The notes under the pieces are model-generated. The model was given only the letters and a program-made list of their open reading frames with translations, did no database searches and was not told where the DNA came from. Of a stretch of 37,143 bases of DNA, positions 10,465 to 22,295 are shown in pieces. The translations under genes and the position numbers were made by a program. The stretch is taken from NCBI RefSeq assembly GCF_001194135.2, contig NC_068981.1, forward strand, positions 128,487,593 to 128,524,735. The letters run 5' to 3'. This DNA comes from Octopus bimaculoides (Eukaryota). The number at the start of each line of letters is the position of its first letter. Positions within the stretch are counted from its first letter, which is position 1.

Positions 10465-10920
10465 CAGGGTACAGTGAATAAACTGTCATCTAAATTATGC
10501 AAAAATGAAAATAACACTGACATCTCATTTTAACAGATATATTTACCAAAATTACATAAAAATATCTTGAAATACTAAAGAGTAAATTTATTCAATAAAA
10601 TCGCCACTGGCTTCAACCACGGCCCCCAGATGATTTCAGAATCTCCCACAACTCTTCTGGACAGTCTCCTTGTTTAAGTTGGTGAATGCTGCCATTATCT
10701 TTGCCTTCAGTTCATCTTTGCTTTTACAAGGAGCGATGTTGGTCTCTTGCTCAACTGTGCCCCACACATAATAATCAAGGGGGTCACAGTCTGGGTAGTT
10801 AGGTGGCCAGATGTTAGGGGTGATGTGGTCGCAGAAATTGTCTGACAGCCATGACTGGGTTCTTCTGCTTGTGTAGCATGGTGCAGAGTCATGTTGCCAG
10901 ACATAGGGTCTTCCAGCAGT
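10465..10920 (-). mobile_element. 3' half of a DD37D (maT-type) Tc1/mariner transposon with right terminal repeat
   Basis: Minus frame 10920-10588: TAGRPYVWQHDSAPCYTSRRTQSWLSDNFCDHITPNIWPPNYPDCDPLDYYVWGTVEQ...F*NHLGAVVEASGDFIE*, with exactly 37 residues between the last two catalytic Asp. The end TA|CAGGGT is at 10463-10470. Confidence 0.9.
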
Positions 10921-11170
10921 ATTTTACGTGCCACCTGCACAGTCCAGCGGCACTGGCAACGATCTCACTCGAACGATTTTTAACGTGCCACTGGCACAAG
11001 TGCCAGGAAGGCGACGCTGATAACGATCACACTAGAACAGTGCTCTTAGCACTCCATTGGTACAGGTGCCATCATGATTTCACTTTCGCTTGCCTCAACA
11101 GGTCTTCGCAAGCTGAGTTTAGTGTCCAATGAAGGAGACGTTGGCATGGGGGCCAGTCGTTGAAACCTTT
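10921..11170 (-). mobile_element. RTE-type LINE/SINE 3' region fragment abutting the truncated maT element
   Basis: Internal direct repeats ACGTGCCAC(C/T)G(C)CAC; similar to the motif beside the RTE 3' UTR at ~18620-18650. Confidence 0.55.
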
Positions 11171-11292
11171 ATAATTTTTTTAAACATACATTCATCCTTA
11201 TTTTTATGTCCTATTTGCATCAAGATATTCATATCAACATACAGTATTTCTTTGTTTATTTGTTTATTATCAAAGATGTGAATATACAAATA

Positions 11293-11339
11293 CAGTAGTA
11301 CCTCGGTTTTCAAACAACCATGATCACAAATAAATCGTG

Positions 11340-11375
<36 letters not shown>

Positions 11376-11439
11376 TATAGGTATATACAAAGCATGATTT
11401 ATTCGTGATCAGAGGCGTTCGTAAACCGAGGTACTACTG
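11293..11439. mobile_element. Tigger/pogo-like palindromic MITE with TA target duplication and (TA)n-rich centre
   Basis: TA|CAGTAGTACCTCGGTTT ... AAACCGAGGTACTACTG|TA. Inner arms TGATCACAAATAAATCGTGCT / AGCATGATTTATTCGTGATCA flank a TA microsatellite. Confidence 0.88.
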
Positions 11440-11775
11440 TATTAAATGAATATGAGAAAGACAGGAGACAAAGCACAATTTATTTGTAATCAGAGTCATT
11501 CGAAAACCGAAGTATTACTGTATTTATCCCTACAACATTGTATTTCTACAATGCTTTGTTTATTTTCACACAGACAATCCATATCAAGACATGCCATGTT
11601 ATCCCCAACTGTTATATTCTCTCTAAATATTCTGGATATATAGATTCAAATATATTGTGTTACCTTTTCACTGGTTTCAGTCACTGAGCTGTGACCATGC
11701 AGCACATTTAAATCTATTCTATTGCGTGATCATACTAGTTGCAATGGTGGAATAATGTCAGCTTGTTATATATAT

Positions 11776-11837
<62 letters not shown>

Positions 11838-11944
11838 ATATATATAACAAGCTGACATATATATATATATATATATAATACATGCCAGACTCTTCAACAG
11901 CACTACCCTACCAGTGCTCTTATATGCAAGTGAGATATGGGCTA

Positions 11945-12310
11945 CCACAAAGAAGGGAGAGCATTAATTGGCTGCAACACAAAGGACCATGTAAAGATCC
12001 TTGCTAGGAATATCATTGCAAGAGCATATCTGAAATGAGATGAGATAATTCCAGAACAGGGTGGAGTGAACAATGTGATTGCAGAATAATGAAGGCATAA
12101 GTTGCACCAGGCTAGACAGGTTGCAAGGTTTATGGGCAATCAGTGGACCAGCACAGTTGCCAAGTGGTATCCAAGAGATTGAGAAAGGCTGCATGGACGA
12201 CCTCTATGATGATGGGAAGATGATTTAGTTAAATGATTTGGGCCAAGATGGAAAAGAATAGCACAATCAAGAAAGAACTGAAAGCACATTGTGACCAGTG
12301 ATAAATAACA
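11945..12310 (+). mobile_element. Degenerate RTE (RTE-1-like) LINE ORF2 C-terminal fragment
   Basis: Plus translation remnants NQWTSTVAKWYPRD*ERLHGRPL**WEDDLVK*FGPRWKRIAQSRK (cf. W.PRD.KR.RGRP..RW.DD). Confidence 0.75.
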
Positions 12311-12334
12311 TCTGATAGTTTGGTTGATACAATG

Positions 12335-12436
12335 TGATATATATATATATATATATGTGTGTGTATGTATATATACATACACACACACATATATATACAT
12401 ATATACACATATATATGTATATATATATATACATAT

Positions 12437-12480
<44 letters not shown>

Positions 12481-12490
12481 CACACAAACA
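12335..12490. repeat. Compound (TA)n/(CA)n/(TG)n microsatellite
   Basis: Seen directly; source of several spurious YIYI/THTH ORFs. Confidence 0.95.
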
Positions 12491-12774
12491 TATATAAAAG
12501 CGACCCTATCTGGTGGCTTTTAAGCTCGTGTATAGCTTTTAAGCAAATGACCTTGAATGAGAATATCTGAAAACAGATCTCTGATTTGTTTTGGAGAATT
12601 TGCTGCAACTGCTTCCTCCGGAGTTATATCCCAATGATGAACATATTTGTCACAAAAAAAATCATCTAAAAAAAATCATTGAAATCAATCACAGTAATGA
12701 AAACATAGGAATCCAAAATAACTGAAACAAGAATATATATTATATATATATATATACACACAAACACACACACA

Positions 12775-13110
12775 CACACAGATGGATTCTTTTCAGTTTT
12801 TGCATACTAAATTCACTCACAACACTTTGGTCAGCCCAGGTCTATAGTTGAAGACACCCACGTGAGACTGAACCCAAAACATATGGCTGGGAAACAAACT
12901 TGTTAACCACACAGCCAATCAGCATTTGAAATTCATGTTCCCTGTTGGCATGGGTTGGATGGTTTGACAGGATCCAATGAGCCCAGCGGCTGCAATGTGC
13001 TGCAAGTCAGTTTTGGCATGGTTTCTATGGCTGGATATCCTTCCTGATACCAATCACTATACCGTGTATACTGGGTACTTTTTCTATGCCACAAACACTA
13101 GTGGGGTTGC
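12775..13110 (-). mobile_element. Partial SINE head (12775-12915) followed by an RTE-tail fragment (12925-13110)
   Basis: TTCTTTCAGTTT..ACTCACAA..CTTTGGTC..ACCACACAGCC matches the 32944-33287 family. CCCTGTTGGCATGGGTTGGATGGTTTGACAGGAT matches the RTE 3' end at 18468-18640. Confidence 0.7.
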
Positions 13111-13324
13111 CAAGTAACTTTCAAGACAAGAAAGAACAAGTAAAGGGAAAAAAAGGGGGAAAGCCCTCTTGATTAAGTAGGTGGGGAGTATAAGTATTAA
13201 GCAAAAAGGTGGCTTTACGCCAGGGACCTGCAGAAGTGCTTTGCTATGCAGAAGATACATGGTTCTCTTGTATATATATAAAAGTGAGTGGGAGTATCTG
13301 TGAAAAAGATGGTATTCTTTTGTT

Positions 13325-13706
13325 CTTTTGCCTGTTTCAGTCATCTGACTGCAGCCATGCTGGAGCACCACCTTGAAGGGTGTTTTAGTCAAGCAAATCA
13401 ACCCCAGGACTTATTTCTTATGCCTAGTACTTTTTCTATCAGTTTCTTTTGCCAAACTGCTAAGTTACAGGGGTGTAAACACACCAACACTGGTTGTCAA
13501 GCAGTGATGGGGGGACAAACAGACACAAAGACACACACACACACACACATATATATATGACAGAATTCTTTCAGTTACTGTCTACTAAATCCACTCACAA
13601 GGCTTTGGTCGGCCCAAGGCTATTGTAGAAGACACTTGCCCAAGGTTCCATACAGTGGGACTTAATCTAGAACTATGCGGCTGGCAAGCAAGCTTCTTAC
13701 CACACA
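13325..13706 (-). mobile_element. Composite tRNA-derived SINE (family B) with internal (CA)n
   Basis: Colinear with 32944-33287: CAGTCAT.TGACTGC.GCCATGCTGGAGCAC...TAAGTTAC.GGG..GTAAACAC...CCACTCACAAGGCTTTGGTCGGCCCAAGGCTAT.GTAGAAGACACTTGCCCAAGG. Confidence 0.88.
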
Positions 13707-13733
13707 CCATTCAAAAATATGCATGTATATATG

Positions 13734-13734
<1 letters not shown>

Positions 13735-13767
<33 letters not shown>

Positions 13768-13781
13768 TGTATGTATGTATG
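13735..13781. repeat. (TATG)n tetranucleotide microsatellite
   Basis: Seen directly. Confidence 0.93.
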
Positions 13782-16779
13782 ATTGTATGTATCACCTAAT
13801 AATGTAAGACAAATATTTCTCAAAACTACTTAGTTCTAACATGATACTAATCAATGAATGCTAGATATTGAGAAAAATTTTTTAAACTTGCAAAAGGAAA
13901 ACAAAATTAATTAATTTTATGAAATTTGATGTTTATTGACTTAAAAGATAATTTTAACAAAATATTTTTCAACAAGATCACTTGAAATCAATTAATGAAA
14001 TACGATGTTGACTTTAATTTGTCTCCCTAAAATCTTTCCTTTTCTTCAGTCTATCTTCAAAATGATAATAAAAATGTTGAATAATTCATTGTAAAAACCA
14101 TAGGTTTCAGATGATTAACCATAAAACTATCTGTAATAAATGGTCCAAAAATGAAAGGTGTAAACAAGTAAAAGGAGAAAGAAGCAAAGGATTTGTTGAG
14201 GAGAATCAAAGAAAACTGCAACAAAATATAACTCCTCTAAAATTTCAGAAAGGAAGGAGTAGAGGTATTGCAGGGTATCTTGAAGGGGGAGAGCACCAAA
14301 GATGACATTGGAGCTTGGTGCAATCATCTGTTTCACCAGCCCCTTTGAACTGTCCAACCCATGCCAGCATAGGAAACAGCTAGATGATGACAACGAAAAC
14401 AAGGATAAAGGATGGAAATTTAACTAACCTGAACTTTATAGTTTAGCAGTAGTCCTGATCAATAAATCTTTCAGGAACCCATTTCTTAAATCCCAAACTG
14501 AACTGAAAGGAACACTGTGAAACAGGGAATTTATCTATTAAAGAACTATAATCTATAGATAAATATCTTTGAGTTGCAACTTGTTTTTCTCCCTAAAAGT
14601 TGAAGTAAAGAATTCTCTAAAATGTTAGGTTTTGACCAAGCAGACATATTTGAGTTGCTCAAAGTAAAATTAACTCTGCCGATATGTTTGGAATCACTCA
14701 GTAAAATTCTGGCTGAGATGACTGATTTGAAATGCCTTTCCAATGTTATTGCAAAATAAATATTTGATATACCCTTTCAAGAAGTAACTGCAGTTAAGAG
14801 AAAACCTAACAGGTATTAACAAATCTTATTGCACAGAATTGACAAAAAAAGTAGCATACATAAGAAACATAGCAATGATCTTTTGAAATTACAGCATTCA
14901 TTTCTAAGCTGATACTCAAAATATTCTTCAGAATTACCTCTGCTTCATCTACTGCTGTGTGTGTCTGTATGCATGTCTTTGTTTGTGTGTTTTGGGGGTT
15001 TGTGTGTGTGTGTTTTTTTTAGTAAGCACTATTTAATTCTGTAACATTTTTTCTCTTTTGAAAAACTATTAACAATGCTAGAATACAGAAATGTATTTAT
15101 ATTTTCAGAAGTAATACAAGTTAAGCAGCAGAATATATAATGCTGTTTACATATCAGTGATATCCAATACAACTGATTACAAGACTGGCAGAACTATCAC
15201 AGAAGACAGATTAATGGCAAATATTAGGATGGATGTAGGTAACATGAATACAGCAGGATAATGCAAAGACAGGTCTTCATACACACAGCAGAATGTTATG
15301 AAAAGGAAATGTCATTTGACAAAAAAAAAAAGTTTGAAGCAAAACTATAAATTAATATTAATATATATTTAGATTTGTGTACATTTTATACTGAATTAGA
15401 TTACTTTTATTTAGTTTCAATGTTTTTTTATAAGGATGGTCTTAAGTTTCCATCCTGTTAAGAAAAAAAATATTAAAAAATTCTACTAGGGTTATCTGCA
15501 ACCTAGACTGGCCAAAAGTATATCGATGATAGATTTGACAGCAACAAGCAGCAGTGTATGACAGCAGAATTCTGGTTACAAGGTTGTAAAAGAATAGAAT
15601 AAATAGCACATTCAATGATAAATACTTGACATAATTAATTCTGTTATTCTTAAATGACATTCCAATTAACATTAATAAAACAAGCAAAAAGCAACACAAG
15701 TACATTAAAAATGTGAATTAAAATGCTTTTCTTGCCCAATTATTATATTTTTTTAATACAGAATTATAAGGTATCAACAAAAGTAAGAAAACACGTGCTT
15801 GCAGGGCAGGAAATGTTTCTAAAAATATATTTTTAAAAATTGGAACTGGAGCAAATAAGTCTTTGAGTGATAAATGGAAATAGAAGTTAAAGTGTAAAAT
15901 AAACTGATTGAAAAGTTTCTCTTTTGTAAAGCTTTCACTTTTGCCAACACTATTTCATTTGTATATACATGTATCTAGTTAATGAGGGAATCTCCGTTTG
16001 GTGTCTCAGCTTGCAAAGAAATGTAGCAAAGTATCTCTCCAATGACACCCAGCATCTTAAAAAAAGGATACATTTGATAATGTGATCTTAAATACACAAT
16101 ACAAACCAACATACAAAAGATTATCGGTCATAGCATGGCTGTGTGGTTAAAAATTTGTTTGCCATCCACATGATTTCAGGTTCAATCCCACTGCATATCA
16201 CTTTGAATATCTTCTACAGCCCCAGACCAAGCAAAAGCTTTGTGAGTGAATTAGGAAGAGAGGAACTGAAAGAAGGCCATCATATATAAATGTATCTTAA
16301 TTTGGTTTCTCTTTTCCTCAATTAAAATTATTGCTATCCCCTTTGTGAGGAATAACGACATACCTATTGGATTGGCAAATTGTTCCTTTAATAGCTAACC
16401 AAAGTATAACTAATCATTCTTCAGTTAATCAAAAAGAATAACATTTACACTGCAATTTGAACGCTTTACTAGCCAGATTACTGCATGAAGTGCTTTTGAG
16501 GAGATCACCTAGATTTTACTTATCCCTTACATAAACGTGTGTGTGTGTGTGTGTGTACACACATGTGTAACGTGACCCTCCCTCTAACTCAATGATCATA
16601 CTCTCCACCATTCACCCCTCAACCTTACCCAATCACTAGTCATCATCTACTCTCTCCAAACATTCTTACAATCACTACCTTTCTTGTTCTTTTGACCCCA
16701 GCCCCCCCCCTCCTGACATCACCACTCTCTTTATCTCTCTTTCCAGCATGACCTTGATTAATCTCACCCACTCTTGTTT

Positions 16780-17115
16780 CATGCAAGTAGCCATGTATCT
16801 CCTCTACAGCAAGAAACTTGTTCCAGTACTGTCTTTGTGCTTCAACCTCTCATGAAGCTGCCTCCCTCTTCTCTGCAGTGTCATTCAGTTGAAGGAAATC
16901 TTAATTCTGCAAGTCATATGATGACCTCACTAGTACTGGTGCTATGAAAAAAAAAACACCCTGTACACTCTGTAAAGTAATTGGCATTATGAAGTGCACC
17001 CAACCTCAGAAACAAAGCCAAAGCAGACACTGGAGCACACCAGTCCTCCAGCCTATTGAATCCTGTCAAACTTTCCAACTCATGCCAGCATGGAAGACAG
17101 ACATTAAAAGATAAT
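16780..17115 (+). mobile_element. RTE-tail repeat (LINE 3' UTR or RTE-mobilised SINE)
   Basis: CACCCTGTACACTCTGTAAAGT..TTGGCATT..CCAACTCATGCCAGCATGGAAGACAGACATTAAA is the reverse complement of the RTE 3' end at 18468-18640. Similar pieces occur at 14300-14400 and 29405-29600. Confidence 0.7.
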
Positions 17116-17536
17116 GAAAATCATGATCATAGATAGAGGGACAGATGGACGGATGGACAGACAAGTAAATAAACAGGTGCAGGTGCAGAAAAGGCTGTGT
17201 GGTTAATATGCTCACTTCCTAGGTATGTGTTTCAGCCCCATAAGGACCATTTAGATTCAGTGCAGGCATGTCAACGATTCCAGTCTTGCACTGAAGCTAG
17301 ATCCATTGAATAATCTTATAAAGAAAGCTTATTGAGAACATGTGCACAAATGTTTATTTTAAAGTATATTTGTTTTTACTAGGTTGTTTTATTAAATTAC
17401 TAAATACTAGTTGAAAGACCACTCTTTGGCAATTTTCTGCTGGTCTCTAAATGATATTTACACATTTGATTCCCAGTTTGTTTAAAGTTTCTGATATACT
17501 ACATCTAATTTTCTTTTATACCCTTTATTCATCTAA

Positions 17537-17776
17537 CAGTAATTCTCAACCAGGGTCCACATGATATAAGATTATATAAGATTTGTTACTAAAGTTTATG
17601 TGCAATAAATTGGTTATACTTCTCCAATATACAAAACATTTGTTATAGAATTCCTATTAATATTCAATTATAAAAATATAATGGAAGTTTTTCAAACATC
17701 AAATGGCTTTGAGGGTTCACTCAAGTAAAATAGGTACCAAAGAGGTCCATAGGTAAAGAATGGTTGAGAACCACTG
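17537..17776 (+). mobile_element. hAT (Charlie-type) MITE, older copy of the 25250 family
   Basis: CAGTAATTCTCAACCAGGGTCCACATG ... GGTTGAGAACCACTG termini. Internal CATCAAATGGCT...GGTCCATAG shared with 25250-25583. Target duplication degraded. Confidence 0.8.
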
Positions 17777-18179
17777 ATCCAAAAGTACTCACACAGTAAA
17801 TAAATTTAGTGCATAACTTCAGATCAATGTTCCCTTGACTTACTTTCTTCATACATTTCAGAAAAAAAAAATGGATATTTTTTTAAAGAAATTTTCAACA
17901 AATGTTTCAGATGGTATACTTTACAACTATATCAGAACTGCAGTGAAAATCTTTTTGGAGTGGAGGGAGAGTTATCAGATAATTCACATGCTCCAAATTT
18001 GTTTCCTCTTAACTTTAAAAAAAAATTTGTATTTTTTTAATGAAATCTACAAATATCTTTCGGATGGTGTAAATTTACGATTAAATTTGAAGTTAATGCA
18101 GAAAGAAATTTGGGAAGCAGGGACAGATATTTCAAGCATCTCAACTTTGTTCCATCATACAGTCTGTATTGCTATGTGG

Positions 18180-18438
18180 GTTTAAGTTCAGTCCCATTGC
18201 ACTACCTCATTTTGGGGCTGACCAAAGCCTTACATACTTATATATATATATGTATATAAGTACGTGTTTGTGTCACTTTGTCTTGACATCATGTGATAGT
18301 TATAAATGAGGTGTTCCTCATTTCCAATCTTCAATGAAAAACATGTTGGTGACAAGAAAGATCTCCAATCAGAAAATCTGCCTCAACAAATTGTCCAATC
18401 CATGCAGGCATGGAAAAGTGGATATTAAAATAATGATT
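18180..18438 (+). mobile_element. SINE with RTE-type 3' tail
   Basis: TCTTGACATCATGTGATAGTTATAAATGAG...CAATCCATGCAGGCATGGAAAAGTGGATATTAAA; reverse-complement homolog at 20131-20385. Confidence 0.7.
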
Positions 18439-18467
18439 GATTGATTGATTGACACGTACATACATAC

Positions 18468-20130
18468 AATCATCATTTTAACATCCATTTTCCATGCTGG
18501 CTTGGGTTTAACAGTTTGACAGAAGCCAGAAAGGCCAGGAGCTACACCATGTTCCACTGTCTGTTTTGGTATGGTTTCCACAGCTGGATGCCTTTCCTAA
18601 CACCAACCACTTTACAGAATATACTGGGTGCATTTTATGTGGCGCCATCACCAGAGCTTCTTAGAAGGCACCAGCATGGCCTTCAATATTTTATCCCCTA
18701 TCTTCTTGGGTCTTCTTCTTTCGTGAATTCTATCCACTTTAACAGATTGGCATTTCTTTATGCAACTGTCAACATCTATATGCACCACATGACCAAACCA
18801 GTGCAGTCTTCTCACTTGCACATGGCATCTAGTTCCTCTCATGCCTAATTTCTCTCTCAATACACTAGCACATGTACACTGACATTGCACATCCAGCAGA
18901 GCATACTAGCTTCATTCCTCTGTAGTCTTCCCATGTCCTCTGCATTCAGGGCTCATTTCTCACTACCATGTAGCATTACTATTCATGCACATGCATCATA
19001 CAAACTTCTTTTCACTTAAAGAGAGAGAGACCTTTGGTCGCCAACAGACATAAAAGCTCTCCGAATTATCTCCATCCTATTCTTATTCTAGCAATTACAC
19101 TTTCAGTACATTTTCCTCCACAGCTAATTAGGTCACCTAGGTAACAGAAATCATCTACTACTTCTCGAGAGCCTCAGGGTATTTGAGGAAATCAATATCC
19201 CCTCTATCTATAAACGTTATGGCTCCTGAACATATTCCACATACAAACACTACTTTCTCTATTAACCTTCCTATTATCCCCTTGTGTGTGCATAGCTTGT
19301 GTGGAGTACACCAAATGGAATTCCTACCTACACCTTTCGTACATACCAAGCAGGGTCATTTACACAAAGTGGATCAAGTCCTGTCCAATTTCTTACTAGA
19401 ACTTTGGTCTTTACTAACTTGAAGGCCCTTTGATTTCAGATTTTGTTTCCACACCTAGAATTTTTTTTATAAATCTGTTATAGATTCTGCCATGAGAGCA
19501 AGATCATCAGGATATAGTAGTTCTCTTAGGCTTTCAATCTTAAATTCTTGCTATGGCCTGGAGGACTAAGATGAATAGGAGAGTGCTGAGGACTGAGCCT
19601 TGGTGAACATCTACCTGTACATTAAATTCATCCCTGTATTGATGAATAACTCTTACCTTACTAACAGCACCCCTGTACATGGCCTGTACTGCTTTCACAA
19701 GCCATTCATCTACCTCAAGCTTCTTCAGAGACCACTATATCACAAAGTGTGGTGCCCTGTCAAAAGCTTTCTCCAGATCAGCAAATGCCAAGTGCATTAA
19801 CTTATTCTTAGCAAAAAACTTCTCTTGCAGTTGCCTGACAATGAAAATGGCATCAGTAGTGCTTCTCCACAGTACAAAGCTAAACTACATTTCATCTAGT
19901 TAAATTCTGTTCCTAATTAATTGGTCACTACCTCTCTCAGTAATTTTCATGACCTAATCCAGCAATCTGATGCCTCTATAATTACTTCTATCTAAGGCAT
20001 CTTCTTTCCCATTGTAGCAGTTGACTATGAAGTTGCTACACCAGTCAATGGGGATTACACTTTCCTGAATAGCCTGATTAATTATATGGGTGACTAGACC
20101 AAATCCCACTCTACCAGATTTTAAGCATCT
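18468..20130 (-). mobile_element. 5'-truncated RTE-clade LINE (RT domain to 3' UTR), inactivated
   Basis: Minus remnants DALDRSNYRGIRLLD (19954-20139), VHQGSVLSTLLFILVLQA, LLYPDDLAL (YADD changed to YPDD), RRLHWFGHV (18648-18890), then a 3' UTR ending in an ATGAT tail; multiple stops and frameshifts. Confidence 0.9.
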
Positions 20131-20385
20131 CAGCAGCATAAATCATTTTAATGTCCACTTTTCCATGCTTGTATGGGATGGATAGAATTTGTTGAGGAAG
20201 ATTTCCTATGACTGAATGTCTTTCTGTTTGCCAAATTTCACTTGTTTCCAGGTTAGTTAATATTTCTCCATAGCCAAACACATTTTCACAAAAGATTTGA
20301 CATTAAGGACACTGCTTGTATGACAGTGACACTCATTTACAACTATCACACAATATCAAGGCAAAGAGACACTGACACACATACA
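20131..20385 (-). mobile_element. SINE with RTE-type tail (same family as 18180-18438)
   Basis: TTTTAATGTCCACTTTTCCATGCTTGTATGGGATGG...ACTCATTTACAACTATCACACAATATCAAG. Confidence 0.7.
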
Positions 20386-22196
20386 CACATATGCATATAT
20401 ATGTGTGTATACTGATAAATATCCATATATTGAAATGTGTGTGAAACAACATATATATTCACAGGAATATATATTGAATATATAATAGATGTATATATAA
20501 ATGCATATCTGTGTGTGTGTGTGTGTGTGTGTGTGTATAAGAATTTAAAATGGTTTAGTATGGACTGAATTGTTAACATTCTCAATATAAGCAAATAATA
20601 AAATAAAAATACTGCCAGCTAATTAATAACCATTTACATGGTCACTCAGATGCTAGAAATAACTAAATCACTCTTAAGTTACACCGTATAGCTATCAAAT
20701 ACTATAATTGAAAAAATCCTTTAAGGATATGTTCCTTGCTGGGGACGCCGCTGCAAATAGATCTGCTCAATCACTGCTGACATGGAATTATATAACAATG
20801 AGGTGGGATTATAAATATGAATAGGTGTAGGTGTATTAATCAAATATTGTGTGAATGTATACATACTTTTTTCTGTCTTGCTAGTGTATAATTTGTTTTT
20901 GATCTTTATTGGCTGATATTATTTCGTATCGATTTTTTTTTTCTTTTGCAGATCTTACTTCTTTAATATAAACACAATCTAACTAGAAATATTAACGAGA
21001 AACAAAACCCCAAAAAAAAAGAACTAAAGAATATATTAGGCGTTTGAATAGAAAGATTTTCAAGGAAGAAAATTCCACAAATTTCCACTAAAACGCTGAA
21101 CTGACAAACCAAACGGGAATGTCGCGTTTTGTGTAATAGGTACAACTTAGTTGCCAATTTCATTGCACCTGTTTAGATATAATGCTAGGTAACTAACTAC
21201 ACATGGTTGTTGCCAGATTTCGATCGTGGAGCGATTCTCAATAATAAAAAAAAGAATTCCATCATTAGCCGTCTAAACACAAAACTACATCGAATGTTAA
21301 ATAATGTGAATGTTACTGAGGGGGTGGGGCCATCCGAAACTGTCGAACGCCCACTGATTGCAGGGATGTGAATTGTATGTGTTTGACTGTCGGTGAGAAT
21401 GCTTTGTTCATGTGTAACTGAAAGCATGTGTTCGCATGTGAGTGTTTATACCTTTACGCATCGGTGCATGTATTACATTCAAATATACAGTTTATTGCGT
21501 GTGCGCATTCTTCTAAGTGTTCTTGGAAATGGAACAATATAAAAAAAAGGCTTAAACATATTCAGAAATATGAAAAAAAAAAGTATCATTTTAAGCAATG
21601 TGCATCTATAAATAGACAATGTATCAAGATGCGATCTTTTGAGTGTATGTCAGAATGTATACATGAGATTTTTTTTTTTTTTTGAAAGTCCTTATGAGAT
21701 TAATATCTTTCTCAGATATGAATAAACATTTTATGAAAAATGAGGATCGAAAGTTGTCACAGCTCTTTTGCCTACACACTGTAGTATATATGTACATATT
21801 TGTTTCTGAACTACAGTATCACATTCAAGAACTGAGATTTTACATCGTCGTTATATAAGTATATATATTTGTGAGTGTATGTAAATTAGAACACCGTTAC
21901 ACGAAACTCGGAGTGAATAATGTTTTTAAATACCATCATTTAACACTACATCATGAGAGTACTTTTTCCTTACGGCTGTGTGTGTGTATAACACACATAT
22001 TTATATAAAAACGTGTGTGTGTGTGTGTGTACACTGTTTAACGTATATATACATACACACACAAACAATTTTCTTTATACGTTTCAGCCCAAAAGTTGTA
22101 GCTATGCTCGAACACTGCCAGTAAAAATAAATACCGTTGACTCGGCTGGGAAACGATACATATATAAGAGGTATTTATATCCTCGAAATAATATAA

Positions 22197-22257
<61 letters not shown>

Positions 22258-22285
22258 GTGAAGTCCCACTCAACTTGATGGTCTC

Positions 22286-22295
22286 NNNNNNNNNN
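22286..22295. other. Assembly gap (10 N)
   Basis: Run of N. Confidence 1.

Noticed and set aside
14546-15705. Exon-like stretches at 14546-14790, 15097-15238 and 15500-15580
   Set aside because: Stops in the frames required by the best splice sites or weak donors; could not be chained consistently to either gene.
22090-22115. AGCTATGCTCGAA resembling the hammerhead stem II at 7470
   Set aside because: No CUGANGA box upstream and no GAAAC; probably chance.
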